64,000 bases of DNA from Vitrella brassicaformis CCMP3155 (Eukaryota > Protista > Chromerida). Where the stretch lies: positions 62,001 through 126,000 of the forward strand of contig CDMY01000624.1 of NCBI GenBank assembly GCA_001179505.1. Reading direction: 5' to 3'. The notes beneath the pieces were generated by a model, which ran no database searches, was not told the DNA's origin, and worked only from the letters and a program-made list of their open reading frames with translations. The first letter of the stretch is position 1. The number at the start of each line of letters is the position of its first letter. Positions 12,757 through 25,368 of the stretch are shown here, one piece after another. The translations under genes were made by a program, and so were the position numbers.

Positions 12757-15700
12757 ATGGCCTCCAATGGCCTGGCGGACGGTGGCGATGGCGATGGTAC
12801 ACTCAGCTCAGACAAATGCAGCACATCCCACACACAGCATCATCGTGTGTGGATGTGTGTGTTCCTTTGCAGTCGAGGTAGCCGAGGAGGAGACCACCGG
12901 TGGCGGCCGGCACACAGAGAACAAAGGCAATCGCAGTGGTGGCATTGACGAGGGTGAGCGACCGCATCCAACACATCAGCGGCACATCCACCTACCTGCT
13001 CGGGCCTGTGTGTGTTGTCCGTGTGTGAAGGTGATCGTGGAGGCGTTAGCGATGTGGGTCGGGGCCTCGGTGTTAGTGCTGGTGCCTCCAGTGCTTAGCA
13101 GGGCAGCGCACCGAATATATCGCAGCGGGCAGGGCCGGACACGACAAATAGGAGGTAAACAATCACCGACACACATACTCACTTTCATTCCCAACCTTGT
13201 GTGTCTGTCTCCACGTGTGCCTTAGGGGCAGCGTTACCACTTGGCTGGAGGAGCTTGGAGAACGGGGTGGTCGACGTCAGTGTCCCTACTGGCACCAGTG
13301 ACGCCAGCATTCGGCTGTGTGGCGGCATCGTCAACCACACCATCACTGACGCTCAGCAGGTGACGGAACTGATCCAGCAGCTGCGAGCCGACCCCAATGT
13401 GGAGCCGGGGCTGCTGACGACAGGCACTACGGGCGGCTCTGTAACTTATCCGGTGCTGTCGCTGTGCATTAACAACCTCACCAACAACAGCGTGCCGTCC
13501 ATCTGGGCAGGCGACGTCAATGGTGGTTGCACTCCCGTCGCCATGCCCATGTGGCAGACCCCCGCCCTCCAGCTCGCCATCATGCGAGCTCTGATCGAGG
13601 GAGGGGCGGACATCAATGCGGGTCGGCGTGATGAAGCTGCCGGGCGCATTGAATACGGACCAGCCGATATGTGTTGGCCCATCCGGGTGGCCATCAGGGC
13701 CTGCAACCCGGCCGCCTTTGACCTCTTGATGGGCCAGCCAGGTACACACGCATTCACAGCACTCACCACACGGAACACACACCATGATGTCTGTCTGTCT
13801 GTCTGTCTGTTCCAGGCCTCCAGCTGCGCGGGCGATGGGTGATGCAGCTGCCGCGCACATTGCCGACGGATCAGCCGACTGAGGAGAGTGAGGCCATCCT
13901 GCTGTCCTTGTACCGGCAGCTTATCCAGCGGGACAGCACACTCGCAACCGAGCGGGACTCGGATGGCACCAATCAGGTGCATGTGGCGGCCATGACCCCG
14001 CCCGTCTGGTCCCAGCAGTTCATCGAGAACTACATCGACCTGCTGGTGGCCAACGGGGCCGACATCACGGCCGCGAGCAGCGGTGGAGCGACGCCATTGC
14101 ACTTCGCGGCCATCTGCGGTTCTCACTGTGTCGCTGCGTCTCTCTGCCGCCGTCTCACCGCTGCCGACATCAACAGAGGGCGGCTGAATGATCCCACTCT
14201 CACAGCCCTTGCCACCGCTGCCATACAGCTCAATAGCGACACACAGCGGCTGCGGGACGACAAGGTGGGCGAGGAGACGAAGGACGAATCGAGAGGACGG
14301 ATCCCCAACCTCCAGAAGGCCATCCGTGTGCTGCTCGAGGCGGGCACCGACAGCGCCCTCATGCCCACGGCCACAGAACATCAGCGTCGTTGCCGCCAGC
14401 TTGTGTTGGCGGAGCGGGCGACCGTGGTCAACGAGCTGCCCGTTCCCGAGCCGCGCCCCGCCACCATCGAGGCGCAGGAGCGGCTGCAGAAGCTGAAGGA
14501 GCACCGCGACAAGCGCAAGAGCCGGCAGGCCACACGACAGGCCAAGGAGGCCCCCACAGCCGCCGACTTGGCGCGGCAGCAGAGGGACGCCGACGCCAAA
14601 ATGGCGGCACTCATCAAAGAGGAGGAGGCGGCCAGCAAGAAGAAAGCGGCGCCTGAGGGGAAAGGCGGCAAGAAGAAGGGCAAGGTGGGCAAGGGGCAGC
14701 CCAGCACAGCCACCTCCACTGCCACCTCCACCAGCAGCCCGCCGGGTGGCGAAGACGATCAGGCGGACAGCAGTGGGGCAGCCGATGACGCTGATGAGGA
14801 CGGCGACTCCCTGCTGCTGGGGTCAGCCTTCGCTAGCCGCGCCATCGAGAGCCAGAAGCAGACAACCAGCCCCAAACACCAGAAGGCTGCCCCCACCAGA
14901 CCCAAGCCAGCTGCCCACACCAAAAGGTCGACTCGTTCCCCCTTCTCGCCCTTCCAGCCCCCCACACCCAAGCGCAAGACGACTGACCAGCCCTCGGCTG
15001 ATCGTCTGCTGCTCTCTCACCCCAGCTGTGTGTCGACGGCCGACCAGACCCCCCGCGAGGAGCGCCTGCCGATGGAGCCGGCAGGCGGCAAGTTGGGTGG
15101 AGGCAGGGGGCTGGGCCTCCCGGCTGCCGCACCAGCCCTGCTGCCTCGGCCGGCCCCTTCCATTCCCCGTCTGCCATCGGCTGCGGAGCTGCGCGAGTCG
15201 GCCAAGCGGCGATCGTTTGTGTTGTCAAGTCCCTCTTACCCGCCCCCACCCCCTCGGCCCCTCCCACCTGCACACAGACCGCCGAGCGGTGCCGATGATC
15301 CATTTCCCCCTCTAGCACATGAGCCACAGCAGCTGTAAGCAGACAGACACAGAGAATGGGATGAATGGATGGGCACAATGAATGGCGCTGTTGTGTGTGG
15401 TCGTCTCTCTTCGTGTCAGTGACGAACTGTTTGCCTCGTCGTCGAGTGCGGATCGTCCGTCGTGTCACCGGGGCCCTCCGCCACTCGTCAAGTGTCCCGG
15501 GTAAGGCACTGACAGGCCGACATGAGGACGCCTGACGCACACACCAGTGGCTGGTTATGGTGCATGGATCTTCTGGTGTCGTTGGGGTCTCTTGTAGGCG
15601 TGTTGAGTCGGTGGCTGAGGAGGGTGTAGAGCGTGATGCTGGTAGCGACGTAGAGGAAACTGGTGCTGACGGCGAGGGGACAGACACAGTGCAGAGGTCG

Positions 15701-17459
15701 GCACAGCGAGGCCCACGCACACACTTGCTCACTCATTGCGGCTGTCATGCAGGCTGCCGTCGGTTGCGGCAGCTGCTGATGACGCCGACACGAGGGGCAC
15801 TGGTCGGCCGAACCGACAGAAGTGAGTCTCCGTTGGCCAGTGGATGAGATCACATTCTCTCCCTTGTTGCTTTGCAGGCCCTCATCTCGCTCGTCAGGTG
15901 CCGCGGCCGCATCTGCATCATCGCTGTCATTTGGACCGGCAAACCAAGACCCAGACGACAGGTCCGTTGTCTGCCACAGACGTGCAGCGCACAAGCACCA
16001 CGGCAGAGGTGCCGTTTCTGTGTGTGCAGTGAGGATGACGAGGAGTATGATGCGCAGACCCAGATCGCCATCCTTGCGTCAATCCACGAGGCCAATCCAG
16101 CCGCCATGATGATGCCCCCGCCATCCATGCCGCCCTCTTCGTCGCTCTCATCCGCAGCAGCAGCGGCATCGCCCGGCCCTCTGCAAGACGCCGTGTCCAG
16201 GGCTATGTTTCCCTCGTCGTCAAGTGGGCATCGTCCGTCGTGTCACCGGGGCCCTCCGCCACTCGTCAAGTGCCCCAGGTAAGAAACAGACAGGCCGACA
16301 TCAGGACACCTCACGCACACACCGGTGGGTGGTTATGGTGCATGCATCTTCTCAGGTCACCTGGGGCTTCGTTGACTTACGATGAGCACCGTCCCTCGTC
16401 ATTCTACTGGCCGAGGTAGCACACCGGAGCTGTCGACCCACACGCAGCACAGCCACCATCAAACTGCCAGTGTCTGTTCTACATTTTGGCAGCACCACGT
16501 TTGACGCCTGTCCATCCTCCAGTAGCTACGACCATCCCACTGCTGCTGCTGCACCACCAGCTGTGGCAGCCGCAGCAGCGACACCATACCAGCAGCCACT
16601 AGGGTAGGCAGGCCCACCGACACACAAAGCCACGAGCTGCGGCTCGTCACATTATTGGGTTTGCGTGTGTGTGGTCAGGCCATCGCATGATCATGAGGGC
16701 AACCAGGGCGCCTCTGCTGCTGGTGGTGGTGGTGTAGGTGATAGGTGGGTGGCATACACATGGTCGTTGACGCACGGATGGGACAAATCTGATTGGAATG
16801 CCTTGCCGCGTCTTTGTGTGTGTGTGTGTGTGTGTGACCGTGTGTGTGTGCAGTTTGGGAGTGTCGTCGCGGGAGGCTGAGCTGCAGCGGAAAAATGATG
16901 AACTCGCCAGGGAGCTCGAAGAGACCAAACGAAGGTACGCGGGCCCACGTCCCATACCACACACACGGCGCATGATGCGATTGATGCACACACACAGGCT
17001 TGCCCAGATGAGCATCCAGCAGCACCAGGCGTCTTCGTCCAGCAGCTCGAGTGCCCCTCTACCGCAACAGCAGCCTTCCCCCAGCCGCAGCATCAGCAGC
17101 AGCCCCCGGCAGCGGCCCAGCCAGAGGGAGATGGGCGTGAGTGTGCCATCTGCCTCGACGCGCCGCCATCGGTCATGTGCATGCCCTGCAGACACCTGCG
17201 GCTGTGTCGCCAGTGCTATGACGACCGCTGCAGCAAGTGGCGGCGGGACCTCCAGCAGGTGCGGGCGGAGAATTCGCGGCGGCGTGAGGAGAACGAGGGC
17301 ATCAAGAGAAAGAACGAGGGCCGCAAGAAGAAGGACAAGATAGCGCTGGTGGAGCTGCTGCATGAGCCGGAGTACCAGTGTGAGCACTGCAAAAAGAGGG
17401 TAGAGTTCGCCGGGTCGCGCGATGAGGTGCGGCAGTGGGCCGATCAGCCCATCACATGA
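12757..17459 (+). CDS. Ankyrin-repeat protein with Lys-rich and low-complexity middle, UIM-like motif, coiled coil and C-terminal C3HC4-type RING; 1-nt frame break before the RING
   Basis: Ankyrin-like GGADINAG, LLVANGADITAASSGGATPLHFAA, LLEAGTD; RING CAICLDAPPSVMCMPCRHLRLCRQC...CEHC. Exon phases were traced consistently from ATG 12757 to about 17080, where the RING frame is offset by one base. Confidence 0.8.
15434..16352 (+). repeat. Direct duplication of about 140 nt (exon end plus intron), copies at 15434-15574 and 16212-16352
   Basis: Both copies read cctcgtcgtc..atcgtccgtcgtgtcaccggggccctccgccactcgtcaagtg.ccc.g|gtaag..ac.gacaggccgacat.aggac.cct.acgcacacacc.gtgg.tggttatggtgcatg.atcttct. 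Confidence 0.9.
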
Positions 17460-17901
17460 CGTCCCTACATGCCAACATCGATGTGGGAGAAGGCGGGAGG
17501 GGACAGCAGGGTGTTTAGCGAGCTGGGGGAGGGAGAGACAGGAATATGACTGAGTAGCTGTTCCATGCCATGAGATCGATGCTATCCATTGAGTGTATGT
17601 CACGTCACCATTGCGGACGAAGGGATACATGTAGATGAAGGTGAGACACACCACACGCCTTGACACTGACCTTCTGTCCTCTCTTCACTCGCTCATTGCA
17701 AAAAGGATTTATTCGTTCATTCACTCATTCATCTCACTCCATCTCACCCGTTCATTCGAGCTGCTTCAATGAGAAGGAGTGAGATGCATTCAGGCGGTCG
17801 GTGCCTCGAGAGCCGTCAGGCCCATCAGCTTGCTGCGACCGATCGCTATCTTTTGAGCTCGCCTTCCGGCTTTTCCCGCAGACCTCAATTGCCTGTCATC
17901 A

Positions 17902-20540
17902 ATGCGTTACGTGACCTTCACTACAGCAGCAGCAGCGAAGCAGACAAACAAGAGATTTCCGTTGACGTTTGATGCTTCACCTGCGCAGCAAAGGGGCTTC
18001 GCATCAGCTGCAGCGGCATCTCTCATTCAGGTGGGCAATGAAGCACAAACATACAAGCAGCACTCAAACACACTATTTGCTCGTTGCTTGTCGGCTCGCT
18101 GGTTGCTTGTGTGTTGTGCAGCGGTGTGCTGATCACGGCCGGTCTGCCTGCATCACTGATGTGCGGCGGAAGGACGACAGGGGCGCCACACACACTTACG
18201 ATGAGCTGCTCGCCAAAGCAAAGTCAGCCCACTGCAGCATCACGCTCACTCGCACAGGCAGACAGGTAGATCTGCGATCTGTGTGCGCTTCTCAGGTCCA
18301 TTCACGACACCTTTGTCCACCGTGCAGATGTGCTGGGCATCACGAGAGGGCCGCGGACCATCTCTTCCCCATCATCCCTCTCAGACTGCCGCATAGCCGT
18401 CCTCCCCTCACCTGCCTTCGCTTCTGTGGCCCTCCACCTCTCACTCACCCATCTGTGCGGCAGCACCGTGGTGCCTCTCCCCGCCCCGCCACTGCCCCTG
18501 TCGCCCTTTCACGACCCTCCACCCTTCCACATGGAGCGGATCGGCCACACCTGGCAGCAAATGATCAGCGAGTCGCAGTGCTCGGCCGTTGTGTTGCCGC
18601 AGTGGGGCAGCGAAATGTGGGAGGGCGAGCTGAGGAGCATCTGTGAGAAGCTCAGTGTGCCGTGTGTGGCCTTTGACGAGTTGGTGGGTGGCGAAGGACG
18701 GCCGGGGGAGAGCAGGGACGCCGTAGAGGCATCCACGAAGGTGGGAAACAGACAGGGGACGGAGAGGTTGCTTGTGGATGTCGTTGCCATGAACGATGAA
18801 TGTGTGGCTGTTGTGTGTTGATCAGTCGTCAGAGCAGTGGGTGAGTGACGACCCCTCCAGCAGCCCCCCCTCCCTCCACCTCTATGCCCACGCACCTCCA
18901 TCGCTGGCCTACCACGCACCCAAGGCAGCCGTGCACACCCTCAGCTCCACCACGATGCTCATGCACAACAGCCAGGCGGCCTTCGACCTCACACCCAACG
19001 ACACCCTCTTCCACGCGCTGCCGCTCCACCGTCCTGAGGGCCTCATCGACGCGCTGCAGGGGGCCTTGTATGCCGGCTGTCACGTTGTGTTTGGAGGCTA
19101 TGATGGCCGCGAGGCGGCTGACGGCTACAAAGTGTGGCAGCATCTGAAACGGCTGCGGAAGAAAACGGCTGACCGACCGGTGACCGTCATGGCCATCTGC
19201 CCACAAGTCGCTACGTAAGCGGCGCACAGATGCGTGTGTGGTGGGGTGGCGGCTCCGCGACTGGGTAAATGCGTTGGGTCTTGTCAGTGCGCTTCTGTAC
19301 GAGTTCTCCCGCCAGGGCACCACCGACAAAGACAGACAGGTGGGCCGACCGATCTACACCAACACACGCACACGTATGTCTGTCGGTGCAATCAATCAAT
19401 GGATGTGTGGGTCTTCATCACGCTCAGGCGTACCTGGATAGCCTGTCGTCTGTGCGTGTGGTGCTGATGGCCCGCGACCCGCTAGAGGACCACGATCTCA
19501 ACACGGGACGGCTCAAGGCCGACATGTGGCGGACCGACCAGAGGCACAACGGCAGCGAAGACACAGACAAACCCCTGACCGACTTCAAACAAATACTCGA
19601 GGGGTAAGCCACAACAATGGTACAAACGCCCTGCATGCCATGCACATCCCTTGTGTCCCCCCTCTGCAGTGTGCGGGGCCTGATGCCGTCCGCCCAAGTA
19701 ATCGAGACCTTCTCCCTCGCCGAGACAGGAACACTCCTGACTTCCACCACCACCGACACAGACACAGCAGAGAGGGATCTCGACGCCCCCCGGCTGCCGC
19801 CGGCCAAGCCGAATGGCTACATCCCCAAGGACGGATGGGTGCCGGGCGAGTGGTACGAGGCGCCAAGATTCGATGAAATCCGGGGACTGCCGATGCCAGG
19901 TCAGTCGGTGGGAAGCAATCGAGTCGGTGTTTAGATGGATGGATGGCGGATGGTGTGTTGTGTGTGCAGGGCTGGAGCTCTCTGTGGACGACCGGCAGCA
20001 GCTGCTGGCGAAGGCGCCATCGCTCTTCAAGGTGAGGGACGACACACACACGAAGGAAATAAGGAGGGCAAGTGGAATGCGAATCTGCTTTTTGGCTTGT
20101 CTCGGCATATGTCGTCAGGAGTACTACGGTCGCCCTCGGTCGACGGCTGAGTGTTTTGACTCAGAAGGTTTCTTCTGCACCACGGCAGCCGCACAGATTG
20201 AAAGCGACGACACCATCAGAGTCTTCGGTGAGGAACACACGCAGACACACAAGAGGGCCACAGCACGTTGTCCCCTTGTCTGTGTGTCCACCAGGGTCGA
20301 TATACGATGGGCAGGACCCTGTCCCCGACATCGACCAGCGGCTGAGGCACTTCCTGCCACACGACAGGATGCCAAAGTGAGCCAGCACTCATCGGGAAAA
20401 ATATGAACGGCCGGTTGTGAGAGTGTGTGTGTGGTTGTGTGTGCAGGATGCCGTTGTTTTGGCACCGTAAGGTGAACATGACGGGGAAGCGGTGGGGCAA
20501 CTGGCACTCGCAGCCACAGCGATGGGCCTGGCACTACTGA
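17902..20540 (+). CDS. ACSF3/malonyl-CoA-synthetase-like adenylate-forming family protein, probably catalytically dead and probably mitochondrial
   Basis: Collinear motifs HTYDELLAKA, PKAAVHT, LFHALPLHRPEGL, IETFSLAETG, LLAKAPSLFKEYYGRPRSTAECFDSEGFF. The N-terminus MRYVTF...QQRGFAS resembles a presequence. The exon 2/3 junction near 18257 needs a GC donor and is uncertain. Confidence 0.8.
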
Positions 20541-21379
20541 CCACTCAGCTGACGGGTCATCCTCTATAGAGGGGACATGAACGGACAGACAGACAGACAG
20601 ACATGTGTGTCATGGCCGGCCATGGCGTGCTGTCAATGTGCGAGACTTGCATGCACAGACGCATCGTAGGCTTGCTGCTGTTAGCCAGCCCGGGCTCAGT
20701 TTGAGCCGTCGTGAGATTGTGAGACAGATAACGGATTCATCCATGCATCATTTGGATGCACGATGAAGAGTACTGCTTTGCCAGTGGTCGCCAGGGGCGA
20801 TCGCGTGTCGAGCCTCGGGCTGAACAGTCGGAAGCAGCCTCCGTGTGAGGCAGACCTGGGAAGGAACCAACGCGGACAGAGATACCCACCTGTCTCATTC
20901 ATTTAAGTCATTCAGTGATATGGTACAACGTACGACGCAGTCGTCCATCCATCCGTCCACAAACCACATGCCTCCTCTGTGTGTGTGGCTGTGCGTGGAA
21001 GTCTGCGTGTGAGCGACTGACTGACTGGTGTGCATGTCGGTGGCCGGATGGCTGACGAACAAATGGCCGATGGACACGGGCGCTGATGATGAGACAACAG
21101 CGTTACATAAAAGCATCTCATCGTCATCCAAACTCCACTGACAATCATAACACGTGCACACGGATCGACAGACAGACAGACAGCATGCAGCACCAGCCAT
21201 CACAGCACATCCGCCACATCCCACAACGGAGTTGTAGTTAGTGGGTCTTGATATGGGTCGGACCATCCATCCATCCATCCATTTATTTGTCCCCATATCA
21301 AGACCACGTGCATGCTGCAGTGACAAACTCTGTACAATTAAGTCACTGCCTTCTGACTCCTTCTGACTTCGCCCATCCA

Positions 21380-23975
21380 CCCACCCATCCATCAGTCTGT
21401 GCCGGCCTTCTTGGTCATCTTGACGATAAACGTGGGCGACTCCTCGCCATCGTCGTCGTCAGGGATGGGCAGCTCCACGTCGTAGTACCGCCCGCACCGG
21501 CGCACACACTGCATGACCGCGAAGACCGTGTTCCGGTCAGCATGCGACAGCCGCAGTGTGATGTCGGCCGTGTCGGGCATGAGCAGGAGGGCCAGGCTGA
21601 AGAGCGAATTAACGCTGGCCGCTCCCCAGACGGGTCTTCGGCTGTTATTGATGAGCAGCTGCTTGACAGGCGGGACGAGGGGCGGGGCGAGCACTAACGG
21701 CGGCAGCTCCACAGGCAGGCGCGGCCAGGAGACCTCCAACTCCTCCAGCTTGGCCGTGCGATCCTGACAAACGGACGAAAAAGCACTTAGATTGACTGAC
21801 GGCCATCCAGCCACAGGTGAGGCTAAGCTGACTGACCCTGAGGTATAAGAGGCACTGTGCTGTCACGGATGGGGCCATGCAAAGAAGATGCGGCCGCTGC
21901 AGTGAGGGCAATGCGGTGGTCATGATGCGGCTGAGGGGGTTCGGTGGGTCGGCAATGACGCTGTCGCCGCCCGTCGATCTGCCGATGCGCTCGAGAATGA
22001 GGTCCTTGACGTTGGGATAGCGGTCTGGCTCATTGATGAGGAATCCTGGGATGGTGCTGAAGTCGTCATCGTGCACGTCGAGCAGCTCATCGCGGCCGAA
22101 TGTAATCCTCAGCTCCGACGCCCGAGTGAATGGCGGCAGGAAGCTCCATCGCTGACAAATGGATCAACGACACAGACACACATCCAAACCACTGCAAGCA
22201 GGCTGCCGCTTGCCCGACTACGTTTGTCTGTGTAAGCTTGTTTGTGTGTTCCTGATGTGGCTGACCTCCGGCAGCCGGACACCCCCATAGATGATGTGGA
22301 CTGACCCACACACGCACACAGGAAGGTCACATGGGCTATGCACATCTGCCCGGCTGTCATTTGGCACCGCGCTTTGTCGCTGCGGCAAATCCCTCGGCCA
22401 TTCTTCGGACGACCGGGTGGAGAGGCGGCGGATCGACGACGTTGTTCTCGACACTCACGCAATCCAACTTGACCCTGAAAGACAGGCAGACTCATTACAC
22501 TCCAAGGCGTATGAAGGGCTGTGTGTGCTGTGGAGTGTCTCCGTCACTCACGTGTTGCCGCCGCTGTATGCCACCTGGCAGCCCATGGCTTCCAGCTGCT
22601 CGATGAACCCGACAGCTGCACACACCACAGATGTCTCGTCGCAGTCCCACTGTGGTTGCTCTCCTCACCGCTCAGTCCGTGGGGTCCCGCAGTGCTGGTC
22701 ATCCGGCGCATCAGCCCCTCATCGACGCATAAGCCACGCAGCAGTGTCACCTTCCTCTTCCTGGTGTCGTTCTTGCGGCCCCACAGCCGCCGCAGCACGC
22801 CGAGGAACGGGTGCAGCGCGTCGAAGGGTGCCTCGGGGTGCGACAGGTTGTCTCGAACGTTGAGCCACTCCAGAGTGGTCAGGTGCGTCATATTCACCAT
22901 TAGGGGAAAGGAATGCGGCAGCCGACGGGGGTCTGAAACACAAGCAGGCATTGCGACATATAAATGGCGCTGTCTGTTGTTGTATCTGGGTGGGTGGGTG
23001 TCACCTTACACGGTGTGAATGGGTAGACGCAGAGTCGCTGGAGCTTCTTGGACGTGCTGAGGAAGTGGGCCAATGGCTGGTCGACGAACGACTCGGTGAT
23101 GTGGTCATCATCGTAGCTGTCTCCTTTCCGGTCAGAACCAAAGAAGAGATCGCCGTGCAACTCCATCAACTCGGGCCTGCACGCACGCACATACACACAC
23201 ACACCCGCATATCTGCGTCCCATTCCCCCGGTCTGTCGTGTGTTGTCGATGGCTTGCATACCATTCGAACCCCTCGGTGACCATGCGCACGAAATACCGC
23301 AGGCTGTCGACACGCAGCTTCTTGACGTGAGGGAACACGATGCGGTCGGCGGGGGGAGGAGGCGTGACAGCAGGGGGGCTGCCAACGACTTGCCCGTCAG
23401 CAGGGAACTTCTCGCTCTCCATGCCGTGGAGTGTGGTGATGACGAGCTTCTGCAGCACGTCGGGCGAGCGGCGGATGGCGGCGATGACCATCTCATTGAC
23501 GGGCCACTTGGGGTCCATCTTGATCACGATGCTCTGGTGGTGGGTGCGCTCCAGCCGGCTCGTGACGTGGGCCGGCAGGTCCCAGAAGACCTCCTTGTCG
23601 ATGTGCAGGTGGCTGTAGAGAGATGATGCTTCGCCGGGCCGCTCGGTGTGGGGCTTCATGATGCTCGATGACGGCTCCCCGGTGGCGCATGTGCAGAAGT
23701 GCCGGGAGACCTCTGAGATCTGCTTGCTGCCGTCCATCGTGCTGAAGAACGAGCCGGCGTAGGACAACACCTCGTTGGGCATCGAGCGGAAGCCGGTGAA
23801 CGGCACCTGAATGAATGAACGAACGACAACAGATGCGATCAATGACAGATCCAGCCGTCCCATTGTGGTTTTCTCCTGCACCTTCTCGTCTGCCGAGGCT
23901 TCAGGTAATTCATGATTCTGGGATGACACGTCCATCGTGATACCAGCAGCACCTGATTGTGACGCTCCGCCGTCG
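21380..23975 (-). repeat. Left arm of a ~2.6 kb inverted duplication (partner ~53205-55790)
   Basis: Reverse complement matches the partner through exons and introns, e.g. gacggcggagcgtc..aatcag.tgctgctggt...atggacgtgtcatcccag.atcatgaattacctg at the 5' end and gtcaagatgaccaagaaggccggc..agactgatggatgg at the 3' end. Confidence 0.95.
21392..23935 (-). CDS. Lineage-specific protein with F-box-like N-terminal motif and divergent leucine-rich-repeat-like segments (copy 1, intact)
   Basis: Phase-consistent exons; FRSMPNEVLSYAGSFF; recurring LQKLVI, VKKLRV, LQRLCV, LTTLEWLNV, VKDLIL, LEELEVSW, VKQLLIN. Paralog at 53242-55779 shows many synonymous differences. The domain call is inference. Confidence 0.7.
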
Positions 23976-24353
23976 GCAGCCAGCTGGCCAAATCACCGCA
24001 CAATACCCACAGATATCGTGAGTGAGCCAACGCATATGCCACTGCGTCCTTATGGGTGGACCGTTTTCAGCGACTTAGGGCACACGTGAAACCACACTGA
24101 GCAGAAGGCAGAGGAGGTCATTGAGGCTACTCAGAGTCTTATGTTGTGTTGTGTTGCTGTTGTCTTGTTCTGTTGTGTGCTCTCCCAAAGGAAGGCATCC
24201 CAAAGCTGGCAAACGGTTTTGGCCCAGATGGCCGACGGCGTTTAAACGGTCGAGGGAGAGATGGGGAGATGGGGAGAGGGCGTTTGCCGCACGTGCCGCA
24301 CGTTTGCCGCAGACAACGCGAGGCACGGCAGAGCACAGGAGGAGGTGACATCG

Positions 24354-24952
24354 ATGGCTTCGCCACTCCTTCGTTCCCTTTGCCTTCTGCTTCTCTTTCC
24401 TCTCGTGCCGGCGCCCCTCTCGTCTTTCATCGGGCGACGCAGTGGCTACGACATGCACCTGGCCATCAGATGCAGGAATGGCGCCCGATCCCCCGGCTGC
24501 TTCAGCACGGCTGTCATTCCTGGATACACTGGTGCGTGGGAAACATCAGCCTCTCGCACAAGGGGGGATCTCATTGAGTTGCTGTTTGTGTGTATCCCTG
24601 TGCAGGCGTGAGTCACACAGTCACTATCGGAGGGCGGCGGATAAGCCTTCCCTGGAACAGCCCTCTCTTGCGGAGGGGAATCTACAGGCGCCGTCGGCCC
24701 GTAGGCGGCCGTCCGGTGGGTGTGGTTGGCCGCCCTCCAGCGGCAGGCGACTACAGGGACAGCAAATACCGGCTGTGGTCCCAATGGCTGAATGCCATTG
24801 ACAAGAGCCGAGGTGCTGAAGCTGTCGACGCACCGCAGGTCGAGCAGATGAGCGCAAGTGGAGAGGGGACACGCCTGCTGTCGAGACGCAGGGATGGAGG
24901 GAAGCAGCCACATGCAGAGGATGATCGTGGGCTGACCTTTGCTGTCGAGTGA
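24354..24952 (+). CDS. Small orphan protein (174 aa, 2 exons) with signal peptide and Arg-rich region
   Basis: Exons 24354-24531 and 24606-24952 join in phase (G|gt..cag|GC) to give MASPLLRSLCLLLLFPLVPAPLSSFIGRRSGY...VSHTVTIGGRRISLPWNSPLLRRG...GLTFAVE*. Confidence 0.55.
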
Positions 24953-25368
24953 TGTTTTTATCGCCCAGCACTGTGCGTGTTGTGTCCGTGTGCGTGCCTG
25001 CGTGCGTGCGTGCGTGTGTGAATGCGTGTGTTAAGTATTTAAGCCTATTTAAAGGGCCAGGTTCCACTATACTCCTGTGAAGATGCACGGCGATTTTTGT
25101 CCATATTGGTCCGCCGCTGCTTGCCTAATTGATAGCTGGTATCAGGTCGCGGTCTCTGACGGATTGTCGAGCACCGTGACGTGTGACATGTTTCTGGGAC
25201 AAATAATTCGTTCATGTTCTTTGATAAAGGCCTTCTCCCTGTCGGTGACCGTCCTGATGAGAACAGACCTAAAGACAAAGAGCGCAAGACCGACGGGCAC
25301 AGAGAGAGGAGGGCAGCACGAAGTCTGCCACACAACAACAAGACACACGCGCAGCATCCACTGTTTCC

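Noticed and set aside
13446-14504. 352-aa minus-strand ORF, and similar long antisense ORFs at 8182-8895, 42050-43387 and 56335-57504
   Set aside because: Antisense shadows of GC3-rich coding exons on the other strand.
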